Positions 37,793 to 46,728 of a stretch of 64,000 bases of DNA are shown piece by piece; positions within the stretch are counted from its first letter, which is position 1, and each line of letters opens with the position of its first letter. The position numbers and the translations under genes were made by a program. Under the pieces are notes generated by a model. The model made no database searches, had not been told where the DNA came from, and saw only the letters and a list, made by a program, of their open reading frames with translations. The DNA comes from Bradymonadia bacterium (GTDB lineage: Bacteria > Myxococcota_A > Bradymonadia > UBA7976 > UBA1532), in the NCBI GenBank assembly GCA_046290225.1, contig JBKAGE010000048.1, forward strand, positions 1 through 64,000. The letters are read 5' to 3'.

Positions 37793-38797
37793 ATGAGAAT
37801 CGCCTTCACGCTCATCACCGTCGCCGCTGCTTCACTGATGAGTCTGCCTCATGTCATGGCCTGCTCAGGGCCCGGACGAAGCTTCGTGTATGCAGTGCCG
37901 GACACCGGCAGCTTGCCTGCCAACAGCCCCATCGTGCTGCACGGCTACACGACGCTTGAAGACGTCGAGGCCACCGTAGATGGTGTGCCCGCCGTGGTGA
38001 TCGAGCTTGAGAGCATCCCGGGCATGCCTGAGATCGAACAGATCAGCCCAACCTCCGGGTTTGCGAACAAAGACATGTTCATTCGTCTGGAGCCCGAGCC
38101 CCCGGTGGGGTCCAGCGTGCACCTCCGAGTCGACCCTTGTGGCGATGGATCTCCAGAGGCCGAATCGTGCGTCAGCACGTTCGAATACGAGATCGTCGAG
38201 GCCGACGAGAGCGCCCCAGGGGAGGTACAGAATTTTGTCTTCGACGCATACGACTATGCGCGCTCCTGGTGGGGTGACAGCTGTGGCGGTGAGGCAGATC
38301 ACACCACTCACTTCGAGGGCTCGCCTTCAACACATCAAGAGGGTGGTGCTCAAGAGTACGTCGTCCTCTCGCGCAAAGAGGGGGATGGGCCATGGGTGGT
38401 GAAGAGGCTGCTCTGGGTCGGTATGGGTGGCATCAACTGGAATCTGCCGAGTGACGATGAGGAGGCGCTCGTCGACGGCGTGTGTTGGAAAGCCGAGCAG
38501 ATCGATCTCGCGGGGAACCGCAGCGACGTGCCGAGCGTTCAATGTGCACCGTGTCGGGTCTTACAAGAGGACGCAGGGGCACGCTACGTCAACTGGTCCG
38601 GAGTGGAGCCGTTTCCTCGGGGCTCCTGTGCTGGCCAGACGCTCGATGAGGGGCAAGATGTGAGCACTGCACCCATAAAAGCTGAGTCCTCCGGGTGCGC
38701 TCTGTCTGCAGGTCACAGCGGTGGCCCATTGTGGGTTTTCTGGGTGATGATGGGGGGCTGTCTTGTGCGTAGGCGAGCTGATGGTGGGCCTCATTGA
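37793..38797 (+). CDS. Secreted protein with a MYXO-CTERM-like C-terminal sorting signal
   Basis: AGGAG RBS; signal peptide; C-terminus SSGCALSAG...LWVFWVMMGGCLVRRR. Confidence 0.7.
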   Translation: MRIAFTLITVAAASLMSLPHVMACSGPGRSFVYAVPDTGSLPANSPIVLHGYTTLEDVEATVDGVPAVVIELESIPGMPEIEQISPTSGFANKDMFIRLEPEPPVGSSVHLRVDPCGDGSPEAESCVSTFEYEIVEADESAPGEVQNFVFDAYDYARSWWGDSCGGEADHTTHFEGSPSTHQEGGAQEYVVLSRKEGDGPWVVKRLLWVGMGGINWNLPSDDEEALVDGVCWKAEQIDLAGNRSDVPSVQCAPCRVLQEDAGARYVNWSGVEPFPRGSCAGQTLDEGQDVSTAPIKAESSGCALSAGHSGGPLWVFWVMMGGCLVRRRADGGPH

Positions 38798-38930
38798 CGC
38801 TCGAAAGAGGTCCACTTACCCCAGATGAGAGGCAAGAGGGTCTTCAGTGACTCATTTTAAGTTCCGCTTCTTTCGTTTTGTTGTATTTCGTCCGTATCTC
38901 ATGTGTCACTAAAATCCATGAGGCACGACA

Positions 38931-39119
38931 ATGACCCAGCTCAATCAGTTTATGAAGCTCCGGCAGTCCCGACCCGGCGCCGCCATTTTGATCGGGGCGC
39001 TGGTCATTTGGGGGCTGAGCGTCTCCTCAGCGAAGACGAGCAACGCCTCTGAGGCTCCCGAGCAGGCGGTGACGAATGTGTCCGCCGCTCAGGCAGGTGG
39101 GGTGCTCAAGCCCAGGTGA
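38931..39119 (+). CDS. Small hypothetical membrane/secreted protein
   Basis: GAGG RBS, AT-rich upstream region, one hydrophobic segment; overlaps the end of the DUF4291 gene by 31 bp. Confidence 0.4.
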   Translation: MTQLNQFMKLRQSRPGAAILIGALVIWGLSVSSAKTSNASEAPEQAVTNVSAAQAGGVLKPR

Positions 39120-39730
39120 GCCACCACAGCCTCTGAAGTCACCGGATAGGGTCGCTCCACTGGGATCATCAGACGCTCGGCGTCGCCCCGATGTGCGCGC
39201 TGCTCGGCGACGAAGTCAGAGATGTCATCAATGCTGATCACCCACTCCGTGCCGTAGAGGCGCAGCATCTCGTCTCGCAGCCCCAGCTGAATCGCGCGGC
39301 GCTCCGTCTTGGCGCCGTTGGGCACGTGATCTGGGTCCCATTGCAGACGCACTTGCGAACTGCGCAGGCGCGACTTCCACGTGGGCTGGTCGCCATACAC
39401 CTCAGCGACGAAGTTCGAATGTACGCATTGCCGGAGCATCTCGTCGAAGCCCTCTCGAAGGATGCGCACAGCGAGAGTGACCTCCTGGTTCGGCTTCACG
39501 CCCCAGCCACTGCGATACATCATCCAGAGGAAGTTGGGCTTCACCCAGCTCATGCGGGTGAAGCTGAAGTCGCCGCCGAAGCGACCATGGGTCGCGGCAT
39601 AGTGACCGATGTACCGGTTGTAGGCCTGGTACACCACGATGGACGTCTCGTCGTAGTGGGCCATGATGTGGCGCCCTGAGGTGGGCCAGAGGGCCCGTTG
39701 CGTGGCATACGAGGCGGTTTCAAAGTTCAT
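39089..39730 (-). CDS. DUF4291 family protein
   Basis: IVVYQAYN, FSFTRMSWVKPNFLWMMYRSGW, QEVTLAVRI, VRLQWDPDH, RRAIQLGL. Confidence 0.9.
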   Translation of the reverse strand: MNFETASYATQRALWPTSGRHIMAHYDETSIVVYQAYNRYIGHYAATHGRFGGDFSFTRMSWVKPNFLWMMYRSGWGVKPNQEVTLAVRILREGFDEMLRQCVHSNFVAEVYGDQPTWKSRLRSSQVRLQWDPDHVPNGAKTERRAIQLGLRDEMLRLYGTEWVISIDDISDFVAEQRAHRGDAERLMIPVERPYPVTSEAVVAHLGLSTPPA

Positions 39731-41201
39731 CAGGATCTTTTTCTTCGAGTAGCTGTGTGCTCGGCGTGATCAGCGGCAGCGTGACCGACTCGAGCAGCTT
39801 GCCCTTGCGGTGATGGATCTCCACCCGCAGCGCGTCATCGGCCATGGTGATCCGGGTGAAGCAATCTGTCGAGTGCACGCGGGTGACTGCCTGTGGGAGA
39901 TACATGATCTCATCGTGGGTGAGCTCGATCGGATCATGTTGTTCGATCAACCAGCTGGGCAGATGAATCGCTGGCCAGAAGAAGGCCGAAGAGACGATGG
40001 AATACACCTGAAAGTCGGGATCGGGCAGATCGTCATCGCCGACGGGCACCGTACAGTCGAGACGGGCGGCCACAGAGGCGTGGAGATCACCGCTGAGGAA
40101 CACCACGGGGCTCAGGCGGCGCTGACGGATGTGCTCCAGCACGCGCAGGCGCTGAGCGCTGAAACCGTTCCACTTCTCTTTGCTGATCTTCGAGTCGGGG
40201 AAGAATGGCACCGACGAGACCACGAACTTGAGCCCCTCGGTAGATTCGAGCCACGCCAGTAGAGCGCCCATCTGCTCATCGCTGATGATCTGTGGTGGAT
40301 CGGCTCGTTTGAAGCGCTCGGTGCGGGTATCGAGCACGAAGAACGACGCGGCCCCTTGCTCGAAGGTGTACCAGTATGGTCGAGGCGGCTCTTTGTCTTC
40401 GACGTTGTAACGGGGGCCGTGGATCGCCTGATAGCTCTCGTACGACTGGGTGGCGGCGATGAACAGGCTCCGGGTCTCGGCGTTGTTCAAAACCCGATCC
40501 TGGCTCCAGTCGTCGTCGATCTCGTGATCGTCGAGGATCATGTACGTGGGCACCTGCCCCATCAGGCTGCGCAGGTGATGCTCGGTGAAGGCGGCGCGGT
40601 AGCGCGCGCGGAACGCCTCCAAGGTCTCGTCCGGAGCCACAGGACCCAAATCATCGGCGTAGATTTGATCGCCCACCATCAACAGCAAGTCGGTGATTTG
40701 TCCGTCGTGTATCTGGTCGAGGATGCTGCCGAAGGCCTTGTCGCCCCGGTCGTCGCCGAAGTGGCCGCCGAGGATCGAGAGCATGTATCGACAGGAGCCG
40801 AAGACGAAAGAGATCGGGTGATCGGACGGCGGTGAGGTGCGCACGTGATGGATGGGCAGCAGATCCCAGTTGATGCGTGCCGCCTCGACGTCGTCGGGCT
40901 CGCCGCTGTGATAAACCACGCCCACTTGATAGGCATACCGGGTGTGGGCGGTGAGATCGGTCATGTCGACGACGCCGGTGAAGTCGAAACGCGCCCGGAG
41001 TGGGAATGCTCGATGGGGTGACCACTCACCACCAGGAGGACACACCCGGGCCACGCCATGGCATCGCAGGGGTCGATCCACCTCGGACATGAAGTCACCG
41101 CGGGCCCAGAGCCTGATGGTGGTCTCGGTGGTGTGGCCGACGATGGGGCCCACTGTGGGCATGTCGGCGATGAGGGCGATGTCGGGTGGGGTCACAGCCA
41201 C
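39720..41201 (-). CDS. Alkaline phosphatase D (PhoD)-family metallophosphoesterase, no export signal
   Basis: GPIVGHTT, FGSCRY, MVGDQIYAD, ILDDHEIDDDW, FVLDTR, FLSGDLH; no Tat RR or hydrophobic leader. Confidence 0.88.
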   Translation of the reverse strand: MAVTPPDIALIADMPTVGPIVGHTTETTIRLWARGDFMSEVDRPLRCHGVARVCPPGGEWSPHRAFPLRARFDFTGVVDMTDLTAHTRYAYQVGVVYHSGEPDDVEAARINWDLLPIHHVRTSPPSDHPISFVFGSCRYMLSILGGHFGDDRGDKAFGSILDQIHDGQITDLLLMVGDQIYADDLGPVAPDETLEAFRARYRAAFTEHHLRSLMGQVPTYMILDDHEIDDDWSQDRVLNNAETRSLFIAATQSYESYQAIHGPRYNVEDKEPPRPYWYTFEQGAASFFVLDTRTERFKRADPPQIISDEQMGALLAWLESTEGLKFVVSSVPFFPDSKISKEKWNGFSAQRLRVLEHIRQRRLSPVVFLSGDLHASVAARLDCTVPVGDDDLPDPDFQVYSIVSSAFFWPAIHLPSWLIEQHDPIELTHDEIMYLPQAVTRVHSTDCFTRITMADDALRVEIHHRKGKLLESVTLPLITPSTQLLEEKDPDEL

Positions 41202-42214
41202 TGCTCTATCCCTTCTCGAATCAACCCGCTGAGCCAGACGTTCAGCTGCTTGCGGTCGGCTTTGTCGAGGGCGCCCATTGCGGCGCGGTGATCTGCAGCG
41301 AAGTCCTTCATCAGATCCTGGGTGTAGAGCCCCATCAAACGTTTGAGGTTGTGCTGCGCGCCCTGCAGCTCTTTGGACAAGACCGCGTGTAGCCGCGCTT
41401 CGGTGACGTATTCACCAAGGCGCTCTGCGACGGCCTGGGCCTCGGGGGAGAGCGTGCTCAGCGACAGCCGCGAGCGCTTGCGGGCGAGGGCGTCAGTGCG
41501 CACGCGCTCGGTGAAGCGCGCGTTCTTCTTCTTGAAGATGGGCCGCAGCGTCGGGTCGGCAGGATCACCCGCCCACCGACGAATCACGATGCCCTCGCAG
41601 ATGTTGTCTGCCCGTGGGGGCAGGCCCAGCGCTTCGGGTACGCCGGTGATGAAGGCATCATCCTGAGCGAGGGCTTCTTTCAAGCTGCCCCGAAACAGGA
41701 TCGGCAACACCGGGATCTGTGCCGCTTCGAGGTGAGCGCGGCCGTCGCCGCAATCGAAGAAGCGCAGCCCCTCAGCGCCGAAGGTGGCGAGATCGAAGGC
41801 GAAGAATCCATAATCTGGCCGGTAGTGCACTCCGTATTGGACTGACTGCAGACCCTCGATGGCGGCAACGTCAGGGTGATCGTAGATGCCGCCGTAGAGC
41901 TCTCCGAAGACCACCCAGCCCTCGACATCTGCAGTGGTCTCAGATGCCAGGGCCTCGGCGAGGGCCCTGAGCGCGGGCTCGAGGCGACGCTGCAGCGCTT
42001 CAAAGTCGTAGAACGATTCGCCCTCGGACAAGAGCGCGTTGCGTCGGCCGCACCGTATCTCGCCTGTGCGGCTGATCCAGAGTGAGAAGTTCGAGCCGTG
42101 CACCTTCTCCGTGGCCACCCATACGCCGGGCGCGGCGTGATCAGCGGCGATGGCCTCGGTGCGGGCGCGGGGATCGTTTTCCTGCTTCAGGCTGGGGTAC
42201 GGATAGAACTGCAT
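41192..42214 (-). CDS. RNA ligase, Rnl2 family
   Basis: Motif I ATEKVHGSNFS, FGELYGG, FFAFDL, motif IV CEGIVIR, motif V IFKKKN..F.E, and an Rnl2-type C-domain YVTEARLHAVLSK. Confidence 0.9.
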   Translation of the reverse strand: MQFYPYPSLKQENDPRARTEAIAADHAAPGVWVATEKVHGSNFSLWISRTGEIRCGRRNALLSEGESFYDFEALQRRLEPALRALAEALASETTADVEGWVVFGELYGGIYDHPDVAAIEGLQSVQYGVHYRPDYGFFAFDLATFGAEGLRFFDCGDGRAHLEAAQIPVLPILFRGSLKEALAQDDAFITGVPEALGLPPRADNICEGIVIRRWAGDPADPTLRPIFKKKNARFTERVRTDALARKRSRLSLSTLSPEAQAVAERLGEYVTEARLHAVLSKELQGAQHNLKRLMGLYTQDLMKDFAADHRAAMGALDKADRKQLNVWLSGLIREGIEQWL

Positions 42215-42237
42215 GAACTCGATGTGTCGGTGGAAGG

Positions 42238-42522
42238 CTAGAGCGTACGGCGGTGCTTCCCGTGCTTCACTTGCTGCGCGCGATCGGGATCCGGAGTCAC
42301 CTCGGTGTCGTCTTCGCTCTGCTCGTGGTGAACAGGCAAGGGCGTCTCGGTGTGGCCTGCCATCGTGTCTGAATGGGCAGCCTCACGGCGCGCCGCTTCT
42401 CGCTCGGCGGCCATCTCGGCATCGAGGACCGCTTCGGCGCGGCGGATCTCTTCATCTTTGGGTCGGATGGCGTCCCGAGCCACCTTGGTGGCGATCTTGG
42501 AGAGTCGCGAGAGTACGCCCAC
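42238..42522 (-). CDS. Small hypothetical protein
   Basis: AGGGGG RBS before the GTG; helical charged sequence MGVLSRLSKIATKVARD; co-oriented and 23 bp upstream of the ligase. Confidence 0.55.
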   Translation of the reverse strand: MGVLSRLSKIATKVARDAIRPKDEEIRRAEAVLDAEMAAEREAARREAAHSDTMAGHTETPLPVHHEQSEDDTEVTPDPDRAQQVKHGKHRRTL

Positions 42523-42601
42523 GTGGCCCCCTGCGTGTGGTGATGTTGCCTACGCAGAGTGTGGTGCAGCGATGGGGAGAGAGCAAGTGTGGGGCAGCGC
42601 C

Positions 42602-43234
42602 TCAGCCTGTGGGTAGGCGCATGCGTCGGACGAGTGAGGCCGCCTTCACCACCCAGGTACCCACACCCTCGAGGGGGCGAGTCAGAGTAGAGGGCCGACG
42701 GATGGCGATGAGCATGCGCAAGAGGGATTGCGCCATGTCGGTCATGGTGAGCAGCAAGCGCATACGGTCGAGATCATAAGGAATATGACCGCGCTCGGCG
42801 GTCATGTCCTCCGCCTCTTCCACCGCTGACTCGAGGGCTTGCCGGGCCCCTTCGAGCAGCATCCACTCTCGGCTGCGGAGCACATCGGCGATGGTGGGCC
42901 AGACGTCGAGGTGGGCGGTGTAGGGTGCGTTGCGGTGATCGGAGACGGGCTTCACGAGCCCGTAGCCCGTCAGCTCGGAGATCGTGGTGCTCACCAGGGA
43001 GCGGCTGCAGCCGAGGATGTCGGCCACCTCGGTCTGAGAGAGGGGATCCGAGTGCAGCGCCAGCAAAGTCCAGACCTTGCCGTGGATCGATTTGAACCCC
43101 CAGTACTCGATGAACTGCCCCACGGCGTCGCCGACGTGCAGCACGCGGCGGGTGAGTGGATCGGTCGCTGAGGTGTGTTGTGCAGCAGCCACGTCTGACT
43201 CCTCCAGGGTTCGGCGTTGATCAGCGCCGGCCAA
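42602..43234 (-). CDS. GbsR/MarR-family transcriptional regulator
   Basis: VGQFIEYWGFKSIHGKVWTLLAL...LSQTEVADILGCSRSLVSTTISELTGYGLV wHTH; start uncertain. Confidence 0.85.
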   Translation of the reverse strand: MAGADQRRTLEESDVAAAQHTSATDPLTRRVLHVGDAVGQFIEYWGFKSIHGKVWTLLALHSDPLSQTEVADILGCSRSLVSTTISELTGYGLVKPVSDHRNAPYTAHLDVWPTIADVLRSREWMLLEGARQALESAVEEAEDMTAERGHIPYDLDRMRLLLTMTDMAQSLLRMLIAIRRPSTLTRPLEGVGTWVVKAASLVRRMRLPTG

Positions 43235-43242
43235 CGAACAAC

Positions 43243-43264
43243 TTGTTCATGGTGTCGTGAATAA
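43243..43264. promoter_or_regulatory. Palindromic operator candidate 1, TTGTTCA-N8-TGAATAA
   Basis: Inverted repeat in the divergent regulator/menF intergenic region; near-identical second copy 91 bp away. Confidence 0.7.
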
Positions 43265-43333
43265 TGACCGATTGGTTCAGTGTATTCAAGTGCCAAGCCT
43301 TGAAAACACAGGATGCTGTCGCTATACCTGAGC

Positions 43334-43355
43334 TTGTTCATGATGCCGTGAACAA
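43334..43355. promoter_or_regulatory. Palindromic operator candidate 2, TTGTTCA-N8-TGAACAA
   Basis: Perfect 7-bp inverted repeat ending 18 bp before the menF ATG. Confidence 0.72.
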
Positions 43356-43373
43356 CGGAAGGCGCAGACTCTG

Positions 43374-44900
43374 ATGGACTCTCGCACAGCCCCGGAATCA
43401 TTCGATCCTCAGCGCAGCTTCGCCGGCGATGCCCTGGTGCGCGCGGTGCACGCTGCCGCTCAGAGGGCCCAGGAGACCGGTCATGACACCGTGCTCCGGG
43501 TGCACCGACCACTCCATGTCGATCCATTCGAGGGTGGGCAGGGGGCTATGCTCAGCAGGGGCGAGCAGGGGCCCGTGTTCACGTGGTCTGATCCCCGAGA
43601 TGGCCTCGACTTCACGGCCATGGGTGTCGTGGCCCGGACCACGCCTCGCGGGCGTCGGCGCTTTGAGGTGGCTCAGCAAGTTTGCACAGCCTGGCGGCGA
43701 TCCACTGTCGAGGCGGCGGCGTGGGGATACGGCACTCCTGCAGAAGATTTGCCCATGGCCGTGATGTGGTTCGCCTTCGCAGACGAGGTGAGCGGCCACT
43801 CGATGTGGCGCCGCTGGCCTCGAGCAGAGGTGATCCTGCCTCGCCGTGTGTTGTATCGCCGCAGAGGTCATCATGGCCCGCGCTATGGCGAGATCCTCAC
43901 GGTGCCAGTGCGCATTGACCAGAGCACGGGCGCTGTCGATGTAGAGGCGGCGATCCGCGAGGTGACTCGACCCTTCGAGCCTCTGCCCGAGGCCACTCAC
44001 GAAACGGTGGGCGCTGAGCCCATCGCTCCTGGGGCCATGGATCCGCACTGGCACACACTGGTTGAGGCGGCTCGAGCGGCGATCACGTCAGGCCAGATGG
44101 GGAAGGTGGTCCTGGCCCGCTCCATCGAGGTGCAGGCGCCAGAAGGCCACGGGTTCGACCCGGTGAGCACCTCTCGGGCGCTTCGAGGGTTGGATCCCGA
44201 AGCGGTGGCGTTTGGGGTACAGGGCACCGAGGGGGCCTTCATCGGCGCCACCCCCGAGGTCCTGTTCCGCGCCCGGGAGCGCTGGTTGTCCACCCATGCT
44301 CTCGCAGGCACCGCGCCCCTCGGCGAGACCGCAGAGCAGGCCTCGGACCTGGGCCGGGGCCTCATGGCCAGCGCCAAAGATCGTCACGAGCACGCCTTGG
44401 TGGTCGACGCCCTGGTGAACGCCCTGGGGCCCTACTGTGAGAGCGTCGAAGCGGCACCTCGCCCCCGCCTGCGCCGGTCGGGCAAGGTGCAGCATCTGGA
44501 GACGCCGGTCTCCGGGCGCCTTGCTGCTGGCGCTTCGCTCATCAGCCTGCTTGGTCGGATGCACCCCACGCCGGCCCTGGGCGGGGTGCCCCGTGGCGCC
44601 GCGTTGAAGTGGCTCGCCACGCACGAGGGTTGGGATCGAGGCCCGTATGGTGGCCCTGTGGGTTGGGTCGCCCCTTCCGGTGACGCTGCCTTTGCCGTGG
44701 CGATCCGCTCGGCGCTGTTGCAGGGGCCCCAGGCCTCGCTCTTCGTCGGCGCTGGCCTGGTGGCCGACTCGGAGGCCGCGGGCGAATGGCAGGAGACGGC
44801 CATGAAGGCCCGCACGGTCGGTGAGGCGCTCCGGTTGCGGCCTCTCAAGGCCCATGTGAGCGACACGCCCGAGGACGACGCCGAGGTGAGCGATGGCTGA
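43374..44900 (+). CDS. menF: Isochorismate synthase
   Basis: GKVVLARS, FIGATPEVL, ALAGT, KDRHEHALVV, VQHLET, HPTPALGG, RGPYGGPVGW, VAIRSAL, GAGLVADS...EWQET. Confidence 0.92.
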   Translation: MDSRTAPESFDPQRSFAGDALVRAVHAAAQRAQETGHDTVLRVHRPLHVDPFEGGQGAMLSRGEQGPVFTWSDPRDGLDFTAMGVVARTTPRGRRRFEVAQQVCTAWRRSTVEAAAWGYGTPAEDLPMAVMWFAFADEVSGHSMWRRWPRAEVILPRRVLYRRRGHHGPRYGEILTVPVRIDQSTGAVDVEAAIREVTRPFEPLPEATHETVGAEPIAPGAMDPHWHTLVEAARAAITSGQMGKVVLARSIEVQAPEGHGFDPVSTSRALRGLDPEAVAFGVQGTEGAFIGATPEVLFRARERWLSTHALAGTAPLGETAEQASDLGRGLMASAKDRHEHALVVDALVNALGPYCESVEAAPRPRLRRSGKVQHLETPVSGRLAAGASLISLLGRMHPTPALGGVPRGAALKWLATHEGWDRGPYGGPVGWVAPSGDAAFAVAIRSALLQGPQASLFVGAGLVADSEAAGEWQETAMKARTVGEALRLRPLKAHVSDTPEDDAEVSDG

Positions 44901-46728
44901 GGCGGACACCAGCGCCGCTGGGGTGGCAGAGATCAATGCCATCCTCTCAGCCCGGATCATGGCGGGTCTCGCCAGGGGTGGGGTGCGTCATGTGGTCGTC
45001 TCGCCGGGTTCCCGCAACACGCCGCTGGTCCTCGCTGCGGCGAGGGGGCCTTTCGAACTGCACCGGATCGTCGACGAGCGCGTGGCTGGGTTCTTCGCTC
45101 TGGGCCTCGCCCGAGGTGCCGGCGCGCCAGTGGCGCTCATCTGCACGTCGGGGAGCGCCGGAGCTCACTATCTGCCGGCCCTCGTCGAGGCTCGACAGTC
45201 TCATGTCCCGCTCGTGGCCATCACCGCTGATCGGCCTGCGGACCTGCAGGGACTCGGTGCCCCACAGACGGTGCCTCAACAAGGCTACTTCGGGCCACAC
45301 GCAGGCTTCTCGGCCCACATCGAGGCGCCACTGCCCGGTGCCGAGCTACGCTGGGTGGGCCCGTTGGTGGCCCGAGCGGTCCACGCTGCACCTCAGGTGA
45401 GTCACCTCAACGTGGCGTTTCATCAGCCGCTGTGGTCGCCAGATGTACCCGCCGTCGCGTTCGACGATGCGCCCGTGGTGGTCTCGGCGACGCCCCAGTT
45501 GGGGCCAGCTGTGCTCGCCGAGGTGGCCCGAGGCATGCGCGCTCGAGGCCCTGGCGTCATCGTGGTGGGGCCCATGGAGCACGCCCGTGGTCCCCGGTGG
45601 GCCCAGGCCATGGCCCGCCTCGCCGACGAGACGGGGTGGCCGATCATCGCTGATCCTGCCTCGCAGCTTCGTTTCGAGCCGGCGCTGCTCGATCATCCTG
45701 CCCTCGTCACCACCGCCGATGTGCTGGCTCGAGGTGCAGCCGTGGCGCCCTTGTCGGCGCTGAAGCCCGCTCAGGCGCTGTGTTTTGGTCGAGTGCCCAC
45801 ATCGAAGCACGTGGCGCGCTGGCTGGCCGATGCCTGCGCTGGTGCCATGGTGGTCGTCGACGCGTACGGCGACTGGCACGATCCCCATGCTGCAGCAGCA
45901 ACCCTGGTGGTTGCCGAGCCCATAGGCTTCGTCGAGGGGCTGTGTGAGGCCCTCGCAGACAATCCTGTGCCACCGCCTGAGGGCTGGGTGAGTCTCTGGG
46001 CTGCCGCTGAAGGGCCCGCCCGCAGGGTGCTGGCATTGCAGTGCGACGTGGGCGATGCAGGAGAGACGGTGTCGTTGTGGGAGGCCGCGGTGGCGCAACA
46101 CACCCTCAGCGCTGTGCCCGTTGGGGGCATCATGCACTCCGCCAGCAGCATGCCGATCCGTGATCTCGACGCTTTCGGCGCTCCCGAGGCGGCCCAGGGG
46201 CCGATCCGGGTGTGTGTGAGTCGTGGCGCCAATGGCATCGACGGCACCTTTGCCACAGCCCTCGGCGAGGCGGTGTCCACGGGGGTGCCTGTCGTGATGC
46301 TCGTGGGCGACGTGGCCACGCTGCACGATGTCAGCGGGGTGCTGGCCACCGCCGAGGTCGAGGCCGAGATCAACCTCACCGCCGTAGTGGTGGACAACAG
46401 TGGCGGCGGCATCTTCGACTTCCTGCCCATCGCCGCAGGCGCTGTCGATGGTGGGATCGAGGGTGCCTATCGGCGTTTGTTCCGGACCTCGCAGTCGGTG
46501 CCCGCCCAGGCCATCGGAGAGGTGGCCGGTGCCCGGACGGCGACAGTGAGCACCCTTGCCGCTCTGGATGGTGCCCTGGCAGAGGCTGTGGAGCGTTGTG
46601 GGGTCGATCTCATCGTGGCGAAGGTGCCCGCTGATGGCTCGAACGTGGCCCGTCACCAGCGCGCCTTCGATGCTGCCCTCGAGGTGGCCGCCCATGCCGT
46701 GGCGCGACGCTTGGGGGGAGAGGCATGA
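44893..46728 (+). CDS. menD: SEPHCHC synthase (ThDP-dependent)
   Basis: VVSPGSRNTPL, DERVAGFFALG, CTSGSA, TADRP, SMPIRD, RGANGIDG, GDVATLHD, DNSGGGIF. Confidence 0.95.
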   Translation: MAEADTSAAGVAEINAILSARIMAGLARGGVRHVVVSPGSRNTPLVLAAARGPFELHRIVDERVAGFFALGLARGAGAPVALICTSGSAGAHYLPALVEARQSHVPLVAITADRPADLQGLGAPQTVPQQGYFGPHAGFSAHIEAPLPGAELRWVGPLVARAVHAAPQVSHLNVAFHQPLWSPDVPAVAFDDAPVVVSATPQLGPAVLAEVARGMRARGPGVIVVGPMEHARGPRWAQAMARLADETGWPIIADPASQLRFEPALLDHPALVTTADVLARGAAVAPLSALKPAQALCFGRVPTSKHVARWLADACAGAMVVVDAYGDWHDPHAAAATLVVAEPIGFVEGLCEALADNPVPPPEGWVSLWAAAEGPARRVLALQCDVGDAGETVSLWEAAVAQHTLSAVPVGGIMHSASSMPIRDLDAFGAPEAAQGPIRVCVSRGANGIDGTFATALGEAVSTGVPVVMLVGDVATLHDVSGVLATAEVEAEINLTAVVVDNSGGGIFDFLPIAAGAVDGGIEGAYRRLFRTSQSVPAQAIGEVAGARTATVSTLAALDGALAEAVERCGVDLIVAKVPADGSNVARHQRAFDAALEVAAHAVARRLGGEA

